From Puniceicoccaceae bacterium (lineage in GTDB: Bacteria; Verrucomicrobiota; Verrucomicrobiia; Opitutales; Oceanipulchritudinaceae), in the NCBI GenBank assembly GCA_040830765.1, contig JBFOMH010000011.1, forward strand, positions 29,255-93,254: a stretch of 64,000 nt of DNA. The letters are read 5' to 3'. A program made the translations under genes and the position numbers. Positions 56,866-64,000 of this stretch are shown here, piece after piece. The notes beneath the pieces are model-generated. The model was not told the origin of the DNA and made no database searches. It saw nothing but the letters and a program-made list of their open reading frames with translations. The first letter of the stretch is position 1. Each line of letters begins with the position of its first letter.

Positions 56866-59076
56866 ATGGCAGAAACACTAAAAATACCCACCTTTGCTGA
56901 GGGAATCGAACATTTCAACAATCCATGGGATCAGCACGAGGCCTTTGGAGCAACTAGCATAATCAACAGTGGCGATACTGCCGAGGCAAGCAAGGCGATG
57001 GCCTACCAGACGCTAATGGCGGCCGATGCGCTACGTTACCTGACAGTACTCCTGGCAGCCTCGAAAGCATCAGGTCATCCGGGAGGATTCTGCAGTAGTG
57101 CGGACTCTCATGCCGCCTTGTACATGCTAGGGCACAAGAACATCCTCACTGAAGTAGGGCATCATGCGCCGGGATTTTACAGTGGACTGTTTTTGGACCG
57201 GTCTCTGGAGAAAATGGGAATCAACACGGTCGCTGAGATGTGTTCACGCTTCCGTGAAAAAAATGGTCTTCTGGGTCATCTTTCGGGTGCGATACCGGGA
57301 GTATTGAATCCTGGCGGGCCCCTGGGCCAAGGGCAACACTTTGCCCTCTCAGCTGCTTACTTGAATCGCGATACGCTATTTCCGGTGACAATAGGAGACG
57401 GTGGGATGGGGGAGCCATATGTAATGTCAGCTTTCCAGCATTTCATTACTGCCTTTCCCAATATTTCGAATTTCTTACCGGTACTAATTTGGAATGGGTT
57501 CAGTCAAGAGCATCACTCGATGGTTGCTACACTGAATAACGAATCCATGACTGCATACTGGAGGGCACACGGTTTCAGGCGGGTGGTGCTCGTAGATGCC
57601 TCTGAGTATGGAGACTCTGGCAATTCAGATGATTATGTCGACAGTTCTGAATTCCCACTCAGCCAACGACTGGAGTTCATGCAGGCTCTTCTTTCCGGTG
57701 TGAAAGAAGCTGCAGCTACCGCTCTTGGTTTGGATGGAAAGGCCCAACCGACGGTCTTTATCATAAAACAGCTCAAGGGTGCTGGATCACACGCGAAGGG
57801 CTCAAAATCACACCATTTGTATCCGCAATACACGCTAGATCACCCTGTGATCCAGGAAGGGCTTCAGCGTCGTGCACTTTGGCCGGAAGCATGGTCGGTC
57901 GTACGCCAAAATTTCTGTAAAGCCGGTGGCGGTCCCGCTTCAGAGACCGTCGTATCCGAGAAGGAGCGAAATATTGCTGCCTTGCCTGAATTAGAGCCTG
58001 AAGATTTTGCTGTGGAGGAGGATCTGCAGATCCCGTCCACGTCAATGGGAAAACTCGTGGTCAAGGTGGGTCAAGCAGATCCCTTGTTCCTGGTGGCCAA
58101 TGCCGATGGGAATGAGGCTTCGGGCTTTCGAAACGTCAGTGATGGATTGGTAATTCGACATCCGATTAAGGATGATCTATACAGCCAGGGACCTGACGGA
58201 CGTGTCTTTGAACCGATCAGCGAGGATGCCTGCGCCGGACTTACATCGGCAATCTCACTGTTTGGAGGACGAAGCTTGTGGTTTTCCTATGTTAGTTTCG
58301 TAATTAATGGACTCCCCATGTTGCAAACTGTTGCGCAAGCAATGTGTGAGCTAAGGTTGAGGAGGCCAGCCCATATCTCCTTTTTCACAGCAGGTGCTCT
58401 GGAACAGGGGCGTAATGGCTGGACTCACCAGCGGCCAGAGGTAGAGGCATATTTCGCAGCGCTTATGCGATCCGGAAATGTGTACCCGGTTTTTCCATCA
58501 GATGCCAACGGAGTCCAAGCAGCTTATCTCTGGGGGCTGGAGCAGGAAAATAAGGTTATCGGTATATTCGCATCGAAGAGTCCTCTCCCGGTTCGATTGA
58601 CCGCAGCCGAGAGTCGTGAGGCTGTTGAAAAGGGTGCGTTTGTTTATCATGAGACAAACTCCGGAGAACATCCTGATCTCGTCGTAGCAGCCGCTGGAGA
58701 CATGATTCTTCTTCCGGTCATGAAGGCCGTATCGAAACTTGAAGAAACCGGCAGGAATATTCGGGTTGTTCTTGTTGTCAATCCGCGCCGATTTTTCCAG
58801 CCAAATGAAATTGCCTGGGAAAATGCACAGGCTGGTGATGGCCAGTTCCTTAGCCAAGATGAAGTAGACCGGCTTCTTGGCAATGCTCCCTTGCTGGCAG
58901 TAACAGGGGGGGCATCGGCCGTTTTTGAGCCCTTGCTGCTTCGGGCACGGACTGCAAAAAAGACTACTGCTGCTTGGCAGCGTGGTGAGACAACAGCAAC
59001 TCCCGACGAGCTTTTGGCCGTGAGTAAACTCGATCCCGAGAATCTGATCGAAAAGGCCGAGGAACTACTCGCCTGA
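56866..59076 (+). CDS. TPP-dependent phosphoketolase/transketolase-like enzyme
   Basis: SKASGHPGG, EVGHHAPG, LLGHLSG..PG..GPLGQG, TPP motif GDGGMGE..N, NADGNEASG, EPISEDAC, RNGWTHQRP. Confidence 0.82.
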   Translation: MAETLKIPTFAEGIEHFNNPWDQHEAFGATSIINSGDTAEASKAMAYQTLMAADALRYLTVLLAASKASGHPGGFCSSADSHAALYMLGHKNILTEVGHHAPGFYSGLFLDRSLEKMGINTVAEMCSRFREKNGLLGHLSGAIPGVLNPGGPLGQGQHFALSAAYLNRDTLFPVTIGDGGMGEPYVMSAFQHFITAFPNISNFLPVLIWNGFSQEHHSMVATLNNESMTAYWRAHGFRRVVLVDASEYGDSGNSDDYVDSSEFPLSQRLEFMQALLSGVKEAAATALGLDGKAQPTVFIIKQLKGAGSHAKGSKSHHLYPQYTLDHPVIQEGLQRRALWPEAWSVVRQNFCKAGGGPASETVVSEKERNIAALPELEPEDFAVEEDLQIPSTSMGKLVVKVGQADPLFLVANADGNEASGFRNVSDGLVIRHPIKDDLYSQGPDGRVFEPISEDACAGLTSAISLFGGRSLWFSYVSFVINGLPMLQTVAQAMCELRLRRPAHISFFTAGALEQGRNGWTHQRPEVEAYFAALMRSGNVYPVFPSDANGVQAAYLWGLEQENKVIGIFASKSPLPVRLTAAESREAVEKGAFVYHETNSGEHPDLVVAAAGDMILLPVMKAVSKLEETGRNIRVVLVVNPRRFFQPNEIAWENAQAGDGQFLSQDEVDRLLGNAPLLAVTGGASAVFEPLLLRARTAKKTTAAWQRGETTATPDELLAVSKLDPENLIEKAEELLA

Positions 59077-59114
59077 TTTATCCTCTTGCAGGCAACATAT
59101 GCAAACAGTCATTT

Positions 59115-59837
59115 TCAGGCTGACTTGGTCCTGTTGCGTTTGCGTTGTGACCGCTGGAATGTGTTTTTGCAAAAGACCAGATGCTCCCGCGCCTTTTTAC
59201 AGGCCAGGACTGGATCGCCCTTTTTTATCGCACGATAAATCCCCTCATGCTCATTGATCATTTTTGCACGGTCTTGGGCATTCGTAGTCAGTTGAGATAG
59301 GTAGTGCCGGATGTGACTGCTCAATGCCTCCAGCATCAGGATCAGGAATCGATTCCCGGAAATTTCAGCAATTTCCCTGTGAAAGGCAAAATCACACTCC
59401 GCGAACAGTTTTGGATCTTTCAGGATGCTCTGGGTGTAGTTCAGCTTGCTCTCCAAGCTCTTCAGTTGGTCGACAGTTGCATATTGCGCGGCGCGTGACG
59501 CGGCTTCCCCCTCGATCAGACTCCGGGCTTCCACCAATTCGTGCATCCGGTCGATGCTGTCATGGGGAAACAGGGGAATCAACGCATCCCCCACTGTTGC
59601 CGAATCTACATCCGCACATACAAAAGCTCCTTTCCCCTGCGAGACCCGGATGATACCCAGCCCGTTCAATCGGGCAATGGCTTCCCTCAGGGGTAATCGA
59701 CTCACCCCATAATCAGTCTGTAGTTGTCGCTCGCTTGGCAATTGCTCGCCCGCTCGGAATTCACCGTTTCGTATTCGATTCTTCAGGTCATTAACAATAA
59801 GGTCAGGAGCTGATAAACGCTGCTTCAAAATGGACAT
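59115..59837 (-). CDS. GntR/FadR-family regulator
   Basis: LPSERQL..YGVSRLPLREAI wHTH; FCD domain (DFAFHREIAEISGN, EHEGIY). Confidence 0.93.
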   Translation of the reverse strand: MSILKQRLSAPDLIVNDLKNRIRNGEFRAGEQLPSERQLQTDYGVSRLPLREAIARLNGLGIIRVSQGKGAFVCADVDSATVGDALIPLFPHDSIDRMHELVEARSLIEGEAASRAAQYATVDQLKSLESKLNYTQSILKDPKLFAECDFAFHREIAEISGNRFLILMLEALSSHIRHYLSQLTTNAQDRAKMINEHEGIYRAIKKGDPVLACKKAREHLVFCKNTFQRSQRKRNRTKSA

Positions 59838-59977
59838 ATTCTATAGACTGAACTTAGTGCACTTTGTAGTCAAGACAGATGTAAAAGCAGCATGGGCGGG
59901 GAGGGCTTCCATAAGCGAGAAGGAATAGCAAATATCATGGTTGACAGGCATCCCGTTCATATTGGTAATATAAGTAT

Positions 59978-60655
59978 ATGAGTGAAGAAAAGACCCTTGC
60001 CCTGATTCACACCAGCATGGTGTTTGTCAAAGTTGAAACAATGATGTCGAATCTCTTCAGGGAGATAATTCCGGGTGTCCGATTGATCAATATTGTGGAC
60101 GACTCGCTGTTGCCAGATGTGATGTCAGCCGGAATGATTTCTGATGCGGTCCAGGAAAGGATGAATTTGTATGTTGAGTCCGCGGAAAAGACAGGGGCGA
60201 ATGCCGTGTTTTCACTCTGCTCCTCCCTGGGACCTACTATTGATGCGGCTCGTCAACAGGTCGGAATTCCTGTCGTCAAAATTGACGACGCCATGGCCAT
60301 GGAAACAGTTAGACTGGCTTCAAGAATCGGGGTAATGGCGACTGTAGAGACGACCTTGCAACCAACATGCGATCTCATTGCCGAAAAAGCGACAGAAGCC
60401 GGAAAACAGGTGGAAATCACTCCGCATCTGGTGGGAGGAGCTTTCGAAATGCTGATGGGGGGGGGCAAGGAAACGCACGACTCCATGGTGGAATCTGATG
60501 CCATTGAATTGGCCAAGAACGTGGAAATCATAGTCTTTGCCCAGGCCTCGATGACTCGTCTGGCACCGCATATCACGGAATCAATCGGTAAACCAGTCCT
60601 AACTAGCCCACGACTGGGGATCGAATATGTTAAGAAGGTGCTTGAAAACTCATAA
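59978..60655 (+). CDS. Asp/Glu/hydantoin racemase-family protein
   Basis: LALIHT, NIVDDSLL, LCSSLG, KIDDAM, VFAQASM, VLTSP. Confidence 0.8.
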   Translation: MSEEKTLALIHTSMVFVKVETMMSNLFREIIPGVRLINIVDDSLLPDVMSAGMISDAVQERMNLYVESAEKTGANAVFSLCSSLGPTIDAARQQVGIPVVKIDDAMAMETVRLASRIGVMATVETTLQPTCDLIAEKATEAGKQVEITPHLVGGAFEMLMGGGKETHDSMVESDAIELAKNVEIIVFAQASMTRLAPHITESIGKPVLTSPRLGIEYVKKVLENS

Positions 60656-60725
60656 GCTGACAGAAAGCCATCACTCAATCGTTGAGTTCTGAAGCACATC
60701 GAAATCCTTTCAGGCAGGTTAGGTT

Positions 60726-61754
60726 TTAGTGCTTGGCGATTGTTTCCCCCACCTGCCATTGCCCTTCAAGGTATGTGACAGAGGGATTTTTTGGGAGACC
60801 TCGCTGATTTAGGTGGATTTGGGCAACTAATAGTTCCACTGCCCGAGATCCCAATTCCTCTCCCAGGTGATCCACCCCGGTAAAAGATGGAGTAAGGCAG
60901 CAATGGTCCAGATTGATAATTGCGAGGTCCTCCGGCACCCTGAAGCCTGCCTCTTCAGCCCAATCGATGAAGCTGTTATTGTTGCCGACAAGAATTGCAT
61001 CTGGTTTGGACTCTTGGAGCCAGGTTTTAAAAGACTCCGCCTCATAGGACTGAACAAAGCAGGGAGGGAGGCGGTCTTCCGGGGTCAAATCCTGCTGATG
61101 CACTAGATAACTAGCTTCATATTGGCGATTTGAATTCAGGTTTTGCAAGGCATACAGGTAAAGGCCGATTCGGCGATATCCCCGCTTCATCAGTTCGCTG
61201 AATATGATTCCGACAGAATTGAAGTGATGATGGACCACACGGTGGCACCTTGGGTTAACGTAACTGAAGCCGATGGCCACCATGCTGAATGAGTCCCAGT
61301 CTAGAGCGAGACCGCGGCTGAATATGCTTGGGCCAAGAACAACCCCCAGGATGCCACGCGAGATGAGAATCTGTGAAAGGCGCTGCTCTTTGTAGTTAAC
61401 TTCAGAAAGTGCAAAATTGTCTAGTTGAAATCCTGTCTCATCCGCTTTTTTACGGGCTCCAAGTAACATTCGGCGCCAGGTGTCATGGGGTGCATGACCG
61501 ATGGGCGGAATGTCCTTCCAGTCCGAGATCAGCGCGATGGTTCCTCGGCAGTTCGGGCGCTTATTGGCCCGTACCTGTTGCATGAGTGAAGAAACCAATG
61601 GATTAGGCTTATAATTCAGTGAATCAGCCAGTTCCAGTATACGTTTTCTTGTCCTGGGTGAGATGCGGGGGTCGTTTTTAAGTGCCCTAGACACTGTGGA
61701 ACGCGAAACTTGTGCTAAATCCGCGAGTTCCTGATGGGTAGGAGAAGCACTCAT
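60726..61754 (-). CDS. LacI-family regulator (Opitutae-type)
   Basis: PTHQELADLAQVSRSTVSRALKNDPRIS, YKPNPLVSSLM, RGYRRIG, C-terminal GQWQVGETI. Confidence 0.9.
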   Translation of the reverse strand: MSASPTHQELADLAQVSRSTVSRALKNDPRISPRTRKRILELADSLNYKPNPLVSSLMQQVRANKRPNCRGTIALISDWKDIPPIGHAPHDTWRRMLLGARKKADETGFQLDNFALSEVNYKEQRLSQILISRGILGVVLGPSIFSRGLALDWDSFSMVAIGFSYVNPRCHRVVHHHFNSVGIIFSELMKRGYRRIGLYLYALQNLNSNRQYEASYLVHQQDLTPEDRLPPCFVQSYEAESFKTWLQESKPDAILVGNNNSFIDWAEEAGFRVPEDLAIINLDHCCLTPSFTGVDHLGEELGSRAVELLVAQIHLNQRGLPKNPSVTYLEGQWQVGETIAKH

Positions 61755-61840
61755 GATCGGATTTAAGGACATGGGGACTGCCATTGCAACCTTTCGGTTA
61801 CGATTATGAGTTGGGATTTATCTAGTTCTTTCGATTCTCA

Positions 61841-63274
61841 TTAGACTTTCCCTGGCGAAGCCAGACCGGCTATCATGTCAGATTTCAAGTAACGCTGACG
61901 TTGGCTCGTTTCAAAGCCATTTGCTTGGAGCTTAGCTTGCAATTGGGCCACAGGCAAAGAGCGAGGTGTGATTCCCTGCATGGCCGCCATTGCTGCTGCC
62001 GTACCTCCCGCCTGCCCTGTACGATGAGAGACTTCCTGCAAGCGAGTTGTTGAATTGGCGATGTGGTCGCAACTCATACAGCGACCCACGACGATGATAT
62101 TTTCCAATCCTTTTGGCAATAAGCAGCGGTATGGAATATCTACCACGCCTTTAACATTTTCCAAGATGTAACCACTCACATCATGAACATCAAAAGAGAT
62201 TTTCGATGTCAGCACAGCGTCTTCAAAAGTCGCATTACGCCGGCAATCCTCTTCCGTGAGTGTGTAGTCACCGACGATCTCCCTCGTTTCGCGAACCCCA
62301 ACCTGTGCAGGAGTTTCAACAATCATTGACTGCTCAAAACCCGGTACATAGCTGCGCAGCACTCTCCAGATAGCATAGGATTGCTGGCGGGTAATAACTT
62401 CTCCTTGTGAGAGATCTTCCTCAATCGTTCCATCGAGATGGTAAACTCTAGTAGCGTTGAGCGATAACTCATTCGGACGGATGCTGGAACAGTTAAAGTA
62501 GCTTTTCTCGGGCAGGTGTGCCGCATCTCCGCCATGGCTCTTGAAGAATTCTGACAAATCGCCCAACATGAAGAATGCTTTCCCGTTTATTGCCTTTTCT
62601 CTCAGGCTTTCCCAATCTTCACGGGAAATATTCTTATACATACTGCGATGTTCCCAAACCCAATCAAAATACCGTGGAAAATTGATGTGCCCTATGCGGA
62701 ATCGCAAACTCATTCCCTGGACCTTTCCATTGTCACCTTTGGAGAATTGGGCCCCGGCACGAGTACAAACATCTCCATCTCCAGTTGCATCAATTACTGT
62801 TTTGGCAAGCAAGGCTCTGCGCCCGGACTTTGTTTCCGTCACGACACCTCGCACCGAACTGTCTTCAGTGATAACGTCCGCAATCCAATTATGGAATCTT
62901 AGGTCGACCCCGGCTTCCTGTAACATCGTCAAGGCCACAATCTTAACAGTTTCCGGTTCCATGTGATTATTGTCGCTGAATGGGTTGGGTCCCTGCTGGA
63001 AATCGCCTACGCGCTGAGCAAATTCAGTAAGGATCCCAGAGTGATGGTCGTTCAAACAATGCCAACATGGCATGATCGAGAATGCTGCAACACCTCCAAC
63101 AAATCCATATCTTTCGACGAGACCAACCTTCGCACCTTCCCGGGCAGCAGCGATTGCGGCGGGAATACCTGCAGTACCACCCCCGCAAACAAGAACATCA
63201 TATGTGGCTGCGATCGGTAGAGTATTGGCAGTCTCCAAAATATGCTCCCCTGAGTTTTCAATAGTAAATGCCAT
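61841..63274 (-). CDS. FAD-dependent oxidoreductase (PF12831-type), second paralog
   Basis: YDVLVCGGGTAG, IDATGDGD, GVRETREIVGDY, IPYRCLLP, GRCMSCDH, GQAGG. Confidence 0.9.
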   Translation of the reverse strand: MAFTIENSGEHILETANTLPIAATYDVLVCGGGTAGIPAAIAAAREGAKVGLVERYGFVGGVAAFSIMPCWHCLNDHHSGILTEFAQRVGDFQQGPNPFSDNNHMEPETVKIVALTMLQEAGVDLRFHNWIADVITEDSSVRGVVTETKSGRRALLAKTVIDATGDGDVCTRAGAQFSKGDNGKVQGMSLRFRIGHINFPRYFDWVWEHRSMYKNISREDWESLREKAINGKAFFMLGDLSEFFKSHGGDAAHLPEKSYFNCSSIRPNELSLNATRVYHLDGTIEEDLSQGEVITRQQSYAIWRVLRSYVPGFEQSMIVETPAQVGVRETREIVGDYTLTEEDCRRNATFEDAVLTSKISFDVHDVSGYILENVKGVVDIPYRCLLPKGLENIIVVGRCMSCDHIANSTTRLQEVSHRTGQAGGTAAAMAAMQGITPRSLPVAQLQAKLQANGFETSQRQRYLKSDMIAGLASPGKV

Positions 63275-63786
63275 ACCTGAATTGGTGCGAATATACTGTT
63301 CAGTTAAAATATCCGAGGTATGCGCCTCGTTGCATCGTATTCCTCGAAGTGGTAACATGCTCTCACTGCGTTTGATCAAGTGGCAGAAACCGGGATCTGA
63401 TTCGAGTGAATAGAGTGCTTATCAATGACACAAAGACTATGTCAGTATGGATTAATTACCTTTCTGGGAAACCGGCTATTTCGATGAAATCCAGGTTGAT
63501 CGCTAATGCCTAAAGGTGGCCGCGTCTCTTCAATCCTCTGCAGCTATTGAAAAACGGTTGAAGGGAAGGGGCTTTACATCTCCAAGTAATTTTAGCGAAG
63601 GGCTAAAGGTCCAATTTTTGTGAGATCTCCCAGGCAAATCTCTCATTGGTCTGGAACGCTCTGAGGGCTCAGCTTGCTGCTGCGCGAAGGATTATCGTGC
63701 AACGGTTGCAGTTTCAAACCTCATGACACCATGCGGCCATTGTCTTTATTGATAGTCGAATCATAACCCCAACTACTTACATAACA

Positions 63787-64000
63787 ATGGATAACTATAA
63801 TATACGACTTCTCAAATTTGTTGCTCTACTTGTGATCGCTTCAAGCGCATTTGCAGATACGGTACCGGTAGCGCCATACATGCCGAACGGACCATCAGTG
63901 GATGGAGTGCTGGACATCGCGTGGCAGTCAACCGAAGCGATGCCGTTGGCGATCCAGATAGATACGGGGACGCCACCGCCGAGCGCGGAGGAACTCTCTG
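63787..64000 (+). CDS. secreted protein starting with a CBM9-like domain (partial, runs off right edge)
   Basis: Manual translation MDNYNIRLLKFVALLVIASSAFA-DTVPVAPYMPNGPSVDGVLDIAW...AEELS; PxVDGxLDxxW is typical of CBM9/DOMON starts. Confidence 0.6.
   Translation, partial: MDNYNIRLLKFVALLVIASSAFADTVPVAPYMPNGPSVDGVLDIAWQSTEAMPLAIQIDTGTPPPSAEELS

Larger units (their letters stand above)
42384..64000. mobile_element. putative genomic island (left end; continues past the window)
   Basis: Starts at the split tRNA; tandem 13-bp repeat nearby; gene remnants; visibly more AT-rich than the left part. No integrase seen in the window. Confidence 0.6.

Noticed and set aside
50656..59076. Sulfoglycolysis (sulfo-TAL or sulfo-TK) assignment
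   Set aside because: No GH31 sulfoquinovosidase, SQ isomerase or sulfonate exporter in the window; the transaldolase is of a different type.
60457..60465. G9 homopolymer as a phase-variation switch
   Set aside because: In frame (Met-Gly-Gly-Gly) in a cytoplasmic enzyme; a single sequence gives no evidence of length variation.
1..64000. CRISPR arrays, IS elements, integrase, rRNA
   Set aside because: No regularly spaced repeats, transposase or integrase motifs, or rRNA-like sequence seen.

Overview
64 kb of bacterial DNA, most likely from a marine Verrucomicrobiota (Opitutales/Puniceicoccaceae-like) genome. This is inferred from the Opitutae-style LacI regulator, Trp-rich C-terminal domains and algal-glycan enzymes, not from a marker gene. 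The left ~42.3 kb is GC-richer. It holds a sulfated-rhamnan/ulvan degradation cluster (2x GH78, GH106, a PL25-type ulvan lyase, sulfatases, GH5, an Asp-box propeller, a secreted VOC protein) and a LigM-type O-demethylase + MetV-MetF fusion operon. It also holds an unusual secreted class II chelatase/FG-GAP propeller fusion, aqpZ, a pirin/DoxX/CDGSH-glutamate-synthase-like cluster, a GH16 glucanase with a ubiquitin-like N-terminal domain, two PilT ATPases, and a RAPP-motif leader ORF ahead of a His-rich TonB receptor. At 42345 a tRNA-Arg(TCT) is cut at the anticodon loop. Beyond it lies an AT-richer island with gene remnants and an unassigned catabolic module (two PF12831 flavoenzymes, GPH transporter, hydroxyacid dehydrogenase, atypical transaldolase, phosphoketolase, racemase, TBDR), linked by two recurring operator-like motifs. 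All family calls come from motif recognition and recall; no database searches were run.
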